From assembly GCA_018609125.1 (NCBI GenBank), contig JABAYF010000024.1, forward strand, positions 14,722 through 78,721: a stretch of DNA of 64,000 nt, in the 5' to 3' direction. The notes under the pieces were generated by a model that did no database searches, was not told the origin of the DNA, and worked only from the letters and a program-made list of their open reading frames with translations. Positions 36,616 to 48,679 of this stretch are shown one piece after another; positions within the stretch are counted from its first letter, which is position 1, and each line of letters opens with the position of its first letter. The position numbers and the translations under genes are program-made. This DNA comes from Candidatus Nanopelagicales bacterium (GTDB lineage Bacteria > Actinomycetota > Actinomycetes > S36-B12).

Positions 36616-37923
36616 ATGATTGATCCCCAGTTGCTGCGTGACAACCCCGAGCTCTTGAAGGACTCCGCACGCCGTCGCGGTGAGGACGAGCACGTCATTG
36701 ATGAACTCCTCGCCGTCGATCAGCGCAAGCGGGCGGCCCAAACCCACTATGACGAACTACGCGCGCAGCAAAAAATTCTGTCGAAGCAGATCGGCCCATT
36801 GCAGGGGCGCAGCCGCAAAGACCCCACCAACGAGGACGTGCGCGCGCAACTCGACGAACTCATGCTGACGGCTGGCGTACTGGCCGAGCAGGTCAAAGCC
36901 GCCGATGCCCAGACAGGTTCGCTCACTTCAGCACTGAAAGCCCTGTGGCTCCAGGTGTCCAACGTGGTGGATCCGCGTTCACCGGTAGGTGGCGAAGAAG
37001 ACTTCGTGGTGGTGTCCACCCACGGTACTCCTCGAGATTTCACCACGGAGGGTTTCACTCCTCGCGACCACCTTGAACTAGGCGGACTACTTGGCGCCAT
37101 TGACGTGGAACGAGCCGCCAAGGTTTCTGGATCACGCTTTTTCTATCTCACCGGTATCGGTGCATTACTCGAACTGGCCCTGCTCAACATGGCCATTGCC
37201 CAGGCCACCCGGTATGGATTTATCCCCGTCGTTCCACCGGTTCTGGTCAACTCCCCCGCCATGGAAGGCACCGGCTTCCTTGGCCAGGCGGCAGAAAATG
37301 TGTATCGGCTCGACGCCGACGACGCCTACCTCGTTGGCACCGCTGAAGTGCCACTGGCGGCCATGCACGCCGATGAAATTCTCGACGCCGAGGCATTACC
37401 GATGCGGTATGTCGGCTGGTCCACCTGCTTTCGTCGAGAAGCCGGTTCGCACGGCAAAGACACGCGCGGCATCATCCGCGTGCATCAATTCGACAAGGTC
37501 GAAATGTTTGTTTTCACCACGCCCGACGAAGCTGACGCTGAGCACAAGCGCTTGCTGGCGTGGGAGCAGGAATTTATGGATGCCCTTGAGATCCCCTATC
37601 GGGTCATTGACGTGGCTACCGGAGATCTCGGCTCGAGTGCGGCGCGCAAATTCGACATCGAAGCATGGATTCCAACCCAGGGCACCTACCGGGAGGTCAC
37701 CTCAACCTCAAACACCACGCAGTTTCAGGCGCGTCGGCTGGGGATACGTACTCGCAAGGACGGAGCTCCGGCTCCGATAGCCACCCTCAATGGCACCCTG
37801 TGTGCGATGCCCCGGATGATCGTGGCAATTTTAGAAAACCATCAGCAGGTTGACGGCAGCATCTACGTCCCCGAAGCGTTGCGTGGCTACCTCGGCCAAG
37901 ACGTACTCGCTGTTCGGCCGTGA
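36616..37923 (+). CDS. serS: serine--tRNA ligase
   Basis: Start trimmed to ATG 36616 ([12 protein letters not shown]). Coiled-coil arm, then class II motifs ([31 protein letters not shown]-type [10 protein letters not shown]). Confidence 0.95.
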   Translation: MIDPQLLRDNPELLKDSARRRGEDEHVIDELLAVDQRKRAAQTHYDELRAQQKILSKQIGPLQGRSRKDPTNEDVRAQLDELMLTAGVLAEQVKAADAQTGSLTSALKALWLQVSNVVDPRSPVGGEEDFVVVSTHGTPRDFTTEGFTPRDHLELGGLLGAIDVERAAKVSGSRFFYLTGIGALLELALLNMAIAQATRYGFIPVVPPVLVNSPAMEGTGFLGQAAENVYRLDADDAYLVGTAEVPLAAMHADEILDAEALPMRYVGWSTCFRREAGSHGKDTRGIIRVHQFDKVEMFVFTTPDEADAEHKRLLAWEQEFMDALEIPYRVIDVATGDLGSSAARKFDIEAWIPTQGTYREVTSTSNTTQFQARRLGIRTRKDGAPAPIATLNGTLCAMPRMIVAILENHQQVDGSIYVPEALRGYLGQDVLAVRP

Positions 37924-38861
37924 ACACCCCCCACGTGCTTCAGGCTCACCCAGGATCAGCTAGCAAGCGGGTGCGCCTGGGAGCACTTGCCGCGGTCACC
38001 GTGATCGCCCTTGGCCTTACTTCGTGCACCGCGAGTGAACCTGCGCCCGCACCCTCCACCACAGCGCCCACAACCTCCGGTGCACCTACGCCATCGCCGG
38101 AACCCACCATCAAACCGACACCGCCGCCGCTAAAACCTGGAACTACTCGCGGCCGGGTGGTGTTCGTGCAAGCGGCAGAGGATGCCTCATTAGTTTCCGG
38201 TGGCAAACCGATCAGGCTCACACTCACCCGCACCGGAAATGAAGTGCAGTGGTTTTCTGCTCCACCGCAGCGACTTACCGGTACCACGACCACCCAAAAT
38301 ATGCTGGCGATGCTGGGGTGGCGAACCGCTGGTGATGGTGCGACCGCAGCATTGCCCACACCTAAACCCCAGGCTCTGCTCACCTATGCTGATGGCGCGT
38401 TAGCCGTCACCCTGCAGCGTGCTTCAGTGCGAGCCGACGGCACCCTCGTTCTTGACGTGAGACCCGTGGGTGTCGAACCAGAAACCGTGTCCTCCTTTGG
38501 CCCGGTAGCACTCACCATCGATGGGGTACCGGGGGTCAGGGTGGTCACCGAGGGCATCACCGATGACCTCACCTCAACAGTGACCATTTCCGGTGTCAAC
38601 GCAGGCCAGGCCTTGGTCACCCTGCGCGATGGCAATGGCGAGATTGTGACGGATCGTTATCTTGGCGCCGACGTGGCCGATGACGTCATCGGTGACGTCG
38701 ACACCGAACTCGGGCCACAACTTCGTGACGCTGCCATCACACTGCGAGCACCCGAACCGAATAAGCCGGGTCGGGTGCTGCTCACCGCCACCGTAGTTGT
38801 GGACGGTGCAGAGGTAGAACTTAAACAAACACTGGCCCGCTGGACCCTGCCCAAAAACTAG
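37920..38861 (+). CDS. hypothetical lipoprotein with Pro/Thr-rich linker
   Basis: GTGA overlap with the serS stop, signal peptide plus lipobox LTSC. No recognisable domain. Confidence 0.6.
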   Translation: MNTPHVLQAHPGSASKRVRLGALAAVTVIALGLTSCTASEPAPAPSTTAPTTSGAPTPSPEPTIKPTPPPLKPGTTRGRVVFVQAAEDASLVSGGKPIRLTLTRTGNEVQWFSAPPQRLTGTTTTQNMLAMLGWRTAGDGATAALPTPKPQALLTYADGALAVTLQRASVRADGTLVLDVRPVGVEPETVSSFGPVALTIDGVPGVRVVTEGITDDLTSTVTISGVNAGQALVTLRDGNGEIVTDRYLGADVADDVIGDVDTELGPQLRDAAITLRAPEPNKPGRVLLTATVVVDGAEVELKQTLARWTLPKN

Positions 38862-40231
38862 GCCGGCACCACCGGAAGATGCGAGAGTGATTCAGCGAAT
38901 CGCTCATCGGTGACATCTTCATCAACCATGGCACCACTGAGGTAATTCTCATACGCGGCCAGGTCAAAGTGACCATGCCCGCAAAGGGCGGTCAAAATTA
39001 CGGTCTCTTCGCCAGTTTCCTTCGCCTTCAACGCCTCCCGGATAGCAATTGCGATCGCGTGTGTGGGCTCCGGTGCCGGCACAATCCCCTCGGTGCGAGC
39101 GAATTGCAGTGCCGCCGAGAAACATTCCGTTTGCGGTACAGACACGGCATCAAGCAGACCGAGCTCATAGACGTGAGAGATCATAGGTGCCATCCCGTGA
39201 TAGCGAAGCCCGCCGGCGTGAATGGGATCGGGCACAAAATCATGACCGAGAGTGTGCATCTTCATCAGCGGGGTCATGCCAGCGGTGTCGCCGAAGTCGT
39301 ATGCGTAAACGCCACGAGTAAGGGTGGGGCAAGAAGCAGGTTCGACGGCCATAATCTGCGGATTGATGCGCCCAGCCAGCTTCTCGCGCATGAATGGGAA
39401 CGACAGTCCCGCGAAGTTAGAACCGCCACCGGTACAGCCCACGATCATGGTGGGCGTATCCCCAGCCATCTCCATCTGCAGAAGTGCCTCCTCGCCGATC
39501 ACGGTCTGGTGCAGGAGAACGTGGTTGAGAACTGAACCGAGGGCGTATCGAGTATTGGGATCCTGCGCGGCCACTTCAACAGCTTCTGAGATGGCCATGC
39601 CTAACGAACCGCTCCAGTTGGCGGGATCCTGAGCCAACTTGCGCCCAATCTCAGTCAAATCAGATGGCGATCGGTGCAATGTTGCGCCAAAGGTCTCCAT
39701 CATCAATCGGCGATACGGCTTGGCGTCGTAGGAAGCACCGACCTGCCACACCTCACACTCCATGTCGTACAGCGCACACGCATACGCCAGGGCTGTGCCC
39801 CACTGCCCCGCACCGGTCTCGGTGGTGAGTTTCTTGGTGCCCTCCTTGGCGTTGTAGTACGCCTGGGGTACCGATGTGTTGGGCTTGTGCGAACCCGCCG
39901 GAGAAACTCCCTCGTACTTGTAATAGATGCGGGCAGGCGTGCCAAGAGCTCGTTCGAGCGCGTGTGCCCGAAAGAGGGGCGAGGGACGCCAGTGTCGATA
40001 TACGTCGAGGACACCGCCGGGAATCTCTATGTATCGATCAGTAGAGACCTCCTGCATGATCAGTTCCATCGGGAACAGCGGAGCGAGGTCTTCTGGACCA
40101 ACCGGGTCCATGCGCCCAGGGTGTAGCGGTGGCGGCATCGGGGTAGGCAGATCGGCGGCGAGGTTGTACCAGGTGGTGGGCATCTGGTCTTCAGTCAATA
40201 GGTATTTGTGCTGGCGCACCGTGTCGTCCAT
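38858..40231 (-). CDS. TrpB-like PLP-dependent enzyme (TrpB2 type)
   Basis: Start trimmed to ATG 40231 (GAGGGAG upstream). WYNLAADLP N-terminus typical of TrpB2, PLP-lysine context GSHKPN, GGGSNFAG. Confidence 0.85.
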   Translation of the reverse strand: MDDTVRQHKYLLTEDQMPTTWYNLAADLPTPMPPPLHPGRMDPVGPEDLAPLFPMELIMQEVSTDRYIEIPGGVLDVYRHWRPSPLFRAHALERALGTPARIYYKYEGVSPAGSHKPNTSVPQAYYNAKEGTKKLTTETGAGQWGTALAYACALYDMECEVWQVGASYDAKPYRRLMMETFGATLHRSPSDLTEIGRKLAQDPANWSGSLGMAISEAVEVAAQDPNTRYALGSVLNHVLLHQTVIGEEALLQMEMAGDTPTMIVGCTGGGSNFAGLSFPFMREKLAGRINPQIMAVEPASCPTLTRGVYAYDFGDTAGMTPLMKMHTLGHDFVPDPIHAGGLRYHGMAPMISHVYELGLLDAVSVPQTECFSAALQFARTEGIVPAPEPTHAIAIAIREALKAKETGEETVILTALCGHGHFDLAAYENYLSGAMVDEDVTDERFAESLSHLPVVPA

Positions 40232-40356
40232 GGATGTCTCCCTCATCGAATCGCAGTGAAGTGACGCCACCGCGAAGTTGCGGCCGTGCCACGCATCGTT
40301 GATCGGTCGGTGATAGATCATTGCCCGTGTCGAGACCGTAGACCCCCCTTGAGACC

Positions 40357-41280
40357 ATGGCAAGTGTGATTGAGCAATCGGCCCTAATCCCGGTGCCCAC
40401 CGGCGTACGCGTTATCGCCTCCGACCTAGACGGAACGCTGCTGCTGCCCGATGGTTCGGTGGGGGCCCGGACCCGGCGCGCCCTGGACGAACTGCGCGAT
40501 AGCGACACCGACTTGGTGATCGTTACCGGGCGACCACCACGCTGGATTTCACCCATCGTGGAAATGACCGGACACCGCGGCATCGGCATCGGGGCCAATG
40601 GCGGTGTCGTGCTCGATCTGGCCGATGGTCAGGTGCTGGAAGTTTTTTCCCTGGATCCTGATACTGCTCTTGAGGTGATCGATCGGTTGCGCCATGCCCT
40701 GCCCGGTGCCGTTTTCGCGGTCGAGCGTTCTCGTCCAGGTGCCCGCCTTGCCCCGACCGAAGGTGCCGCTTACGACCGTCTCGATTCCCTGCCCACCGAC
40801 CCCACTGAATTTGCACTCGGCGATGGTTACCGTCCGCGCTGGCCGGTTCCCGCAGACACCCACATCGCCCCCATCGAAGAACTGGTCCGTTTCGGTGACG
40901 TGATCAAAATTTTGGTGCGCCCAGGCGACGATGTCAGCTTCAATAATGATGAATTTCTCTCGGTTGGCGACGATGCCCTCGCCGGCCTTGTTGAGGTGAC
41001 CCATTCTGACCCCAGCGATCGTCTCCTCGAAGTCAGCGCCCTAGGGGTGAGTAAAGCAACGACACTTGAACGCGTGGTTGCCCGGCAAGGCCACGGTGCA
41101 CGCGAAGTAATCAGTGCCGGCGATGCGCCCAATGACCTACCCATGCTGTTCTGGGCCGACACGTCCTATGCGGTGGGCAATGCTCATCCGGCAGTACTCA
41201 GCGCCGCCACGCACGTGCTCCCCACCAATGCCGACGAGGGTGTGGCCGCACTGATCGAAACAGTGCTCACGCAGCTTTAA
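40357..41280 (+). CDS. HAD-IIB (Cof-type) hydrolase
   Basis: DLDGTLL motif I, VTGR motif II, and a GDAPND motif near the C-terminus. Confidence 0.8.
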   Translation: MASVIEQSALIPVPTGVRVIASDLDGTLLLPDGSVGARTRRALDELRDSDTDLVIVTGRPPRWISPIVEMTGHRGIGIGANGGVVLDLADGQVLEVFSLDPDTALEVIDRLRHALPGAVFAVERSRPGARLAPTEGAAYDRLDSLPTDPTEFALGDGYRPRWPVPADTHIAPIEELVRFGDVIKILVRPGDDVSFNNDEFLSVGDDALAGLVEVTHSDPSDRLLEVSALGVSKATTLERVVARQGHGAREVISAGDAPNDLPMLFWADTSYAVGNAHPAVLSAATHVLPTNADEGVAALIETVLTQL

Positions 41281-41289
41281 ATTCAGCCG

Positions 41290-42264
41290 CTACTCACCTT
41301 GCTCGCCGTTGAGTCCACCACGAATATTGCTCAGCCAGACCTGCGCACCGTCAAAGTCAGCGTTCAATACCCCGGGTCGCAGCAGCGGCGCATGACCATC
41401 GTCGCGAGCGTAGGAACCCAGGAAGCGCACTTCACCGCAGATGCGATGCAGACCCATGAGTGCTTCTCGCACCCGGTCGTCATCGATATGCCCTTCACAG
41501 TCGATCGAAAAGAAATAATCACCCATGGCCTTGCGTGTTGGCCGAGACTCAATTCGGGTCATGTTGACCCCGCGAACAGCGAGTTCGGTGAGAATTTCCA
41601 AGAGCGCACCGGGGTGATCCTGCTTCATGAACACCGCCAGCGTGGTCTTATCGGCTCCGGTGGATGGCGGCAATGAACCTGATTTTTGCACCATCACAAA
41701 CCGGGTAAGCGCCTCGGCGTTATCGCCGATGTTGTCGGCCACAACATCAAGACCGTAGTGCGCGGCTGCAAGGGGCTGAGCGATGGCGGCGTTGAACGGC
41801 CCTGCTAAGACATTTGTCATGTGCGCGAGCACGGCCGCGGCATCGGCGGTGGAGGTAGCGGGGATCAACTTGGCCTGCGGTAACTGCGACCGTAGCCAAC
41901 CAAGGCACTGGGCCTGGGCGTGCGGATGCGTTGCTACCGCGTAGACATCGCTCAGCGCTGTGCCCGGCTGCACGAGCAGGGCAAAGCGCACCGGAATCGA
42001 TACTTCTGCGGTGATCACCAGGGACTCACCAGATGACAGTGAATCCAGGGTGGTCGAGACCGATCCCTCCACCGAGTTTTCAATGGGCACGACGGCTGCA
42101 ACCGCAGCTCCTGTGCGCACCATGTCTAGCGCCGAGATCACCGAATCAGCAGAAACTGAATCTGCATCAGGAAGCAGGGATTTCAGTGCGACCTCGGTGA
42201 AGGTGCCGTGCGGCCCAAGGAACGACACGGGACCCGTTACGTGCGGTGCCTTCGCCGTTGTCAT
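41290..42264 (-). CDS. pheA: prephenate dehydratase with ACT domain
   Basis: TRF and ESRP motifs with PDT plus ACT domain order. 324 aa. Confidence 0.9.
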   Translation of the reverse strand: MTTAKAPHVTGPVSFLGPHGTFTEVALKSLLPDADSVSADSVISALDMVRTGAAVAAVVPIENSVEGSVSTTLDSLSSGESLVITAEVSIPVRFALLVQPGTALSDVYAVATHPHAQAQCLGWLRSQLPQAKLIPATSTADAAAVLAHMTNVLAGPFNAAIAQPLAAAHYGLDVVADNIGDNAEALTRFVMVQKSGSLPPSTGADKTTLAVFMKQDHPGALLEILTELAVRGVNMTRIESRPTRKAMGDYFFSIDCEGHIDDDRVREALMGLHRICGEVRFLGSYARDDGHAPLLRPGVLNADFDGAQVWLSNIRGGLNGEQGE

Positions 42265-42752
42265 CGCAGATCTCCCATGACCTGTTCAACGGCCTGATTT
42301 TCTTCCGGGGACAGGGTGGAATCCGCCTCGCCTCGGCGAAGTGCTCGAATATAGGTGCGTGATTCTGCGCGTGCATGGATCGTGGTCAACACCACTCCGT
42401 CGCCGTGGTCGTCCACCATGGCTGCCGTGAACGACATGCGCCCACCCATGTCGCCGAACGCATCGAAACGCACGACCGACACGTGACGAATGGCCGCAGA
42501 CAGCTCTTCGCGCGTGTGCACGAGTTCAGCGTGGAGCAGTTCCACCTGTTCCCGAAGGAGACCGACCTCTTCAGTTTTGCGCGCAACAACCCCGACAAAG
42601 GATTCCTTGCCGTCGTGATCTTGCAACAGGGTGTAGTCCCGCCGCATACCCGAGATCTGCGCAGAAAGCACGAAAATAACCATCAGGGCAACGAGGGCGA
42701 GAACGCCAGCGACGATCGCGATGATGCCAGCGGTCTGCGCGTCCAAGGTCAC
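42261..42752 (-). CDS. DUF4446-like membrane-anchored protein
   Basis: N-terminal TM helix, then a coiled segment. 4-nt overlap with pheA. Family assignment is from memory of the conserved actinobacterial neighbour of pheA. Confidence 0.6.
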   Translation of the reverse strand: MTLDAQTAGIIAIVAGVLALVALMVIFVLSAQISGMRRDYTLLQDHDGKESFVGVVARKTEEVGLLREQVELLHAELVHTREELSAAIRHVSVVRFDAFGDMGGRMSFTAAMVDDHGDGVVLTTIHARAESRTYIRALRRGEADSTLSPEENQAVEQVMGDLR

Positions 42753-42787
42753 CGCTGCAGCCTAGTGTGGGTCAACGCTCCCCGTGG

Positions 42788-43726
42788 TCAGCGCAGGGTG
42801 ATCTGTCGTGTTTGCAGGCCGGCCCGTGCGCCGCGCTCAGCACCGGTGAGTGGCGCGTCAGTGGCCATAGCGGCATCCAAAAGTGCCCCAAACGCCAACG
42901 CTGGCCCTTCACAGTCCGCAGCGCTTTGTCCTGCCGCTAGTTCCCAGACCGGCACGAGCAGACCATCTGCACGGAAACTGCCGACAAATCGATTGTCTAG
43001 ATCGGGCAGGTTCACTTCACCCCGCACCTTGAGGCGTGCCAGCGCGTTCAGCATTGAATCCTCATCGTGGGGGAAGACCCACCGCAAAAAGTACTTCTCG
43101 CCCATCTCAACCCAGTACGCAGCCGCCACCTCGGTGAGGCGAACGGTGGGCATCACCCGAGCATTCGCTCGATCGAGGGAATCGCGAACCTCACCCTCGG
43201 CCGGGGCATCCTCACTCATCCAGTAATCAAACGTGTCGTGGACGGTGATCTGCAGAGGCTGAGCAACAACGAGATCTTGCAGCCGTGGCCCCGCGTCGGG
43301 CAGGCCCGTGGGAGGAATGGCGGTTCCCGGCTCAGCTGTTAGTGCTGTCTGCAAAGCCGCAGCAGCATCTCGACTCGGATCACCGGATCCGGTGGTTACC
43401 TGGAGGGCCAGGTAGATATCACCGTTATCTCGAACCATTGCCGGCCATGCCATGGGCAAAACGGTGGTGAGGACGATGCGGCGATCAGGGTCACCCAGCA
43501 GCGAGATTTCCGTGGTGGCCGCCGGCACAATTTCGCGCATGGCCACCCAATCGCACTCGTCGATAAGTCCGGCAAATGGTCGCGCAACGCGTTGCTCGAC
43601 GCGGTGTGCTTTTTTTCCGTGGCAGGCCTTGTATCGACGGCCAGACCCGCACGGGCAAGGTTCACGCATTCCCACGGCGGGAATGGCGTCGGTCGAGGGG
43701 GTTGCGTCAGTCGTAGATGAGCTCAC
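42788..43726 (-). CDS. SEC-C motif protein (DUF5926-like)
   Basis: N-terminal CPCGSGRRYKACHG SEC-C zinc motif followed by an uncharacterised domain of about 270 aa. Confidence 0.7.
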   Translation of the reverse strand: MSSSTTDATPSTDAIPAVGMREPCPCGSGRRYKACHGKKAHRVEQRVARPFAGLIDECDWVAMREIVPAATTEISLLGDPDRRIVLTTVLPMAWPAMVRDNGDIYLALQVTTGSGDPSRDAAAALQTALTAEPGTAIPPTGLPDAGPRLQDLVVAQPLQITVHDTFDYWMSEDAPAEGEVRDSLDRANARVMPTVRLTEVAAAYWVEMGEKYFLRWVFPHDEDSMLNALARLKVRGEVNLPDLDNRFVGSFRADGLLVPVWELAAGQSAADCEGPALAFGALLDAAMATDAPLTGAERGARAGLQTRQITLR

Positions 43727-43737
43727 GGTGCCTCACC

Positions 43738-44472
43738 CTACGGCGTAGCGGCGCCCAGCATGCGTCGGGCACGGCCGGGGTGGTTGGTAATGAGTGCATC
43801 AACATCGCGATCAACACACCATTGCAAATCTGCCTCAGTGTTCACCGTCCACACGTGCACTTCATAGCCATGCTCGTGAACTCGAGCCACATAATCTGGC
43901 ATCGAACGCAAGCCAGCCAGGGAGATGCCAGCGATGGTAATCCCGGCTGGTAATCCTCCGTCAGTGCAGTGCTGCGGTGGGCGATCAAACAGATACACCA
44001 ACGGAAGTTGTGCATCTAGCGAACGCATTCGCCTGAGCGCAGATAACGAAAACGACATCACTCGGTTGTTCTGTGGATCAAGACGACGACGTGCTCGAAG
44101 TCGTTCGTAAACCGCCTGCTCCAGATACATCGAGCCCACACCGGGGTGCTTCGTCTCAATGGACAGCGATAAACCGGGGCTCACCGATTCGGCCAAATCG
44201 ATGAGCTCGTCCAGGGTGATGATGCCGAGGGGAGCGAGTTCTGCGTAGGTCATGGATCGTACGGAGCCACGGCCTGCAGTCGTACGATTAACCGTCGCAT
44301 CGTGAATGAGAACCAACACGCCATCACGGCTGAGCCGTACATCGCACTCAAGCCCGTCGGCGCCATCACTCACCGCACGCTGATAAGCCGCCGCTGTCAT
44401 CTCCGGCTCCTGCGCGCTCGCCCCCCGATGGGCGATCACCAGTGGTCGTCGCTGTGCCACCTGCTCTATCAC
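43738..44472 (-). CDS. glycerophosphodiester phosphodiesterase
   Basis: Start trimmed to GTG 44472 (GTGA overlap with the upstream stop). VIAHRGAS and ECDVRLSRDGVLVLIHD motifs. Confidence 0.85.
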   Translation of the reverse strand: MIEQVAQRRPLVIAHRGASAQEPEMTAAAYQRAVSDGADGLECDVRLSRDGVLVLIHDATVNRTTAGRGSVRSMTYAELAPLGIITLDELIDLAESVSPGLSLSIETKHPGVGSMYLEQAVYERLRARRRLDPQNNRVMSFSLSALRRMRSLDAQLPLVYLFDRPPQHCTDGGLPAGITIAGISLAGLRSMPDYVARVHEHGYEVHVWTVNTEADLQWCVDRDVDALITNHPGRARRMLGAATP

Positions 44473-45857
44473 GTAAAAATCACGCCCGGGTTCATCAGGT
44501 TGTTTTGATCCCAGGCTTGTTTGATCGCCCGCATAGCAAGAATTTCGGATGTTGATCTTGACGTGTCCAGCCACTTAGTCTTGGCTCGGCCGATGCCGTG
44601 TTCTGCCGACACACTGCCCTGATATTTCGCAACCACGCTGAGCACCTCAAAGTCAACGCTTTCGTCATCAGCATCGGGGCCGGTGATTTCCACGTGCAAA
44701 TTTCCGTCGCCCAAGTGACCAAACACACCAAACGTATCAACCTGAGGATAACGGCTCATTCGGTCGCGCAGTTCATCAGCGCACTCCCCAAGATGTTGCA
44801 GCGGTATGGAAATATCCAACTTGTGGGCGATGCCACCGGCTGTCTTTGCTGCATGTACGGAAAACGCTTCCGACTGACGCTCGCGATATTCCCAGAGACG
44901 CTTTTTTGTCAATGCATCAATTCCAATGACAACGTCGCAGTCCGCAAGCGCATCCGCAATGAAACCTCCACCGGTCCCACCGTCGGCAACCTCAAGAAGA
45001 AGCACGAACTGATGGTCGCCGGTGAGCGGCCACGCCAGTGTGGCCACCTCCATCGCCAATCGCATCCCGGTGCGATCGGTGATCTCTGCGGCCAATACCG
45101 AAACCTCAGACTCGATGGCTGTGTGCAACAGGTGCAGCGCCTGACCAAAACTGCTCACCCCGATCAACGCAACGCTCGTGGCTGCGGTAGGGCGCACGAG
45201 GGACAGTCGCACCGCGGTGATGATGCCTAGAGTTCCTTCGCTGCCGGTAAACAGGCCAGCCAGGTCGTATCCGGTGTTGTCCTTCACCAATCCACCGAGG
45301 TGTTCTATCACCTCACCATCGGGTAGCACCGCTTCAATGCCGCGCACCTGAGCACGCGTCATGCCGTAGGCAATCACCCGGATCCCACCGGCATTGGTCG
45401 ACACGGTGCCTCCCACCGTGGCTGAATCGCGGGCAGCAAGGTCAACCCCGTATTCCCACCCGGCCGCCCCCGCATGTTTATGCAGATCACCGAGGGTCAC
45501 TCCTGCCCCCACGGTCACCTGACCGGCCAGTTGGTCCACCTCATCTAGGCGGGTGAGTCGACGTGTACTCACCAACACCGGCAGCGGCACGCCCGCAACA
45601 TCATCGCTGTGCGTTGCTGGCACGGAGCCACCAACGAGACCGGTGTTTCCGCCTTGAACAGTGATGGAAACTCCCGCATCTCGACATGTGCGAACGACAG
45701 CAGATACCTCAGCAGTATTTCCGGGTCGAATAACGGCCTGAGCATCACCGCGCCATCGGCGGGTCCAATCAGTGACGTAGGGCGCCATGAGCTCTGGATC
45801 AGTCAGCACATGCTGCGCCCCCACAATTTTGGTTAGCTCAACAAGCAGGTGATTCAT
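44469..45857 (-). CDS. FAD-linked oxidase (GlcD / D-lactate dehydrogenase-like)
   Basis: 462 aa with FAD_binding_4 pattern (VQGGNTGLVGGSVP) and a C-terminal oxidase domain (SAEHGIG). Confidence 0.85.
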   Translation of the reverse strand: MNHLLVELTKIVGAQHVLTDPELMAPYVTDWTRRWRGDAQAVIRPGNTAEVSAVVRTCRDAGVSITVQGGNTGLVGGSVPATHSDDVAGVPLPVLVSTRRLTRLDEVDQLAGQVTVGAGVTLGDLHKHAGAAGWEYGVDLAARDSATVGGTVSTNAGGIRVIAYGMTRAQVRGIEAVLPDGEVIEHLGGLVKDNTGYDLAGLFTGSEGTLGIITAVRLSLVRPTAATSVALIGVSSFGQALHLLHTAIESEVSVLAAEITDRTGMRLAMEVATLAWPLTGDHQFVLLLEVADGGTGGGFIADALADCDVVIGIDALTKKRLWEYRERQSEAFSVHAAKTAGGIAHKLDISIPLQHLGECADELRDRMSRYPQVDTFGVFGHLGDGNLHVEITGPDADDESVDFEVLSVVAKYQGSVSAEHGIGRAKTKWLDTSRSTSEILAMRAIKQAWDQNNLMNPGVIFT

Positions 45858-45865
45858 GAAAATTC

Positions 45866-47152
<1,287 letters not shown>

Positions 47153-47245
47153 TCACCTCATTCGCTTACTTCACTGCAACAACGATTCATTGGATTGCCC
47201 GGTCGGTATTTCCCGCCGCCTCAGGCCCTTCAGCCGCGCAGCAGG

Positions 47246-48259
47246 CTACCGCAAGAGCGCGAGAGCACGGCCAAGTTCACTGCCAGACACCCAGGCGGCT
47301 TCCGTTCGTGGCCCTCCAGCCCACGAATCACCCGCCACTCCCACCGACAAGGCATTCGCCACCATGGCTATGCCAAAAGGTTCAGATCTTCCGGTGAGGG
47401 GTCGGGCATAGGTCCATCGCTTGACGTTGAACCACTGTGGCATGCAAGCAGGTTTAACCACCTCGGCAAGGGCCGCCATCATGACCGGAGCTGCGGTGAG
47501 GGGCGCTGTGAGATGAGCCGCTGCCACCGGAGCGGTGGAATGGGTGACGAGAACTGGCGACGCATCACCGCGGCGCGATCCATCATTGGCGATGAAGGTG
47601 ATGACCGCGTCGTCATTAACGAAGATGCCGTCGAACTCCGGCCAACAGACCTCGTTATAGACGGTGATGAGAGCCAGCACCGGTTCCCACATCGAACTGT
47701 CGGCAAGCAGTTCGCGCACCGGCTGCATCACTGGCCTGTCCAACATTGTCAGCAGTTGCGGGTCCGGTGCGCACAGTGCCGCTGCACCAAATTGCTCGCC
47801 ACGGATTACGAGTGCGCCTGCGCTTACGTCAATGTCGCTTACATCAACCTGATGTTGAAACGTCACCAATTCGTCGGGAAGTTGGTCGGCTAAGGCTTGA
47901 ACCATCGACTGAAGACCGGCTGGAGCAGCAAACCGCATCGGTCCCAGTTTGGGGCCAATGATGCCGGTTGCGTCCCCCACGTGAATCGTATCGGTCCACT
48001 GCCGAAGAACACCTTGTTCCTCAAGCAGGTCAACAACTGCCCGGAACTGATCATTGTGCGCGGTGAAGTAGGAAGCCCCCACGTCAACGACGCGACCATC
48101 CCACGAGGTACCAGTGTCTCTTAACGTCTGTGTCGCCAGGCGGCCACCCACACGATAACCACGGTCGAATATCGTGACCGGAACATCACGGCTTATAAGC
48201 GCTGCAGCACAAGCAATACCGCTGATGCCGCCACCGACAATGGCGACAGGGAGTGACAT
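47246..48259 (-). CDS. NAD(P)/FAD-dependent oxidoreductase (renalase/amine-oxidase-like)
   Basis: N-terminal dinucleotide fold VAIVGGGISGIACA. 337 aa. Confidence 0.7.
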   Translation of the reverse strand: MSLPVAIVGGGISGIACAAALISRDVPVTIFDRGYRVGGRLATQTLRDTGTSWDGRVVDVGASYFTAHNDQFRAVVDLLEEQGVLRQWTDTIHVGDATGIIGPKLGPMRFAAPAGLQSMVQALADQLPDELVTFQHQVDVSDIDVSAGALVIRGEQFGAAALCAPDPQLLTMLDRPVMQPVRELLADSSMWEPVLALITVYNEVCWPEFDGIFVNDDAVITFIANDGSRRGDASPVLVTHSTAPVAAAHLTAPLTAAPVMMAALAEVVKPACMPQWFNVKRWTYARPLTGRSEPFGIAMVANALSVGVAGDSWAGGPRTEAAWVSGSELGRALALLR

Positions 48260-48262
48260 GCG

Positions 48263-48679
48263 CTAGGCCCGCAACACCTGGATGATTACCGGGTCACATT
48301 CCATCAAGAAGTCAACACATCGTTGGGCTTCATCTGCTTCGTTGATGCTCTCAGCAGCACGCTGTAGCGCAAACACACAGCGCAGAAATCCTTGATTAGG
48401 TTGGTGTTCCCAGGGCACCGAACCAAAGCCCTTCCACCCATTACGGCGCAATGCATCTAAGCCACGGTGGTATCCCACACGAGCGAAGGCATAGGACTCC
48501 ATGACACGGCCTTCATTCCACGCTTGATCGGCCAGATCGGCCCATGCCAGGGATGCGGTGGGATGGCGGCGAACGACATCGTAGGCATCTGCACCGTCTG
48601 TCAATTCAAGTCGAGGTTCGACGTGGTCTGGCAGGAAAGTGGCGGGAGGTCCACCGAGGAGGTTCTCGTGTGGGCTCAT
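48263..48679 (-). CDS. DUF3151-like protein
   Basis: 138 aa conserved helical protein coupled (4-nt overlap) to the aldolase gene. Family assignment is from memory. Confidence 0.6.
   Translation of the reverse strand: MSPHENLLGGPPATFLPDHVEPRLELTDGADAYDVVRRHPTASLAWADLADQAWNEGRVMESYAFARVGYHRGLDALRRNGWKGFGSVPWEHQPNQGFLRCVFALQRAAESINEADEAQRCVDFLMECDPVIIQVLRA

Noticed and set aside
42375-43226. 283-aa plus-strand ORF spanning the DUF4446 and DUF5926 genes. Similar long ORFs occur at 47120-47893 (+), 37091-37780 (+), 8778-9398 (-), 8712-9248 (+), 44598-45230 (+), 59904-60557 (+), 19852-20412 (-) and 23586-24095 (-).
   Set aside because: All are antisense or alternate-frame shadows of genes with clear family motifs. 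Their translations are Arg/Pro/Ser/Gly-rich low-complexity strings typical of stop-poor frames in GC-rich DNA, with no recognisable domains or RBS.
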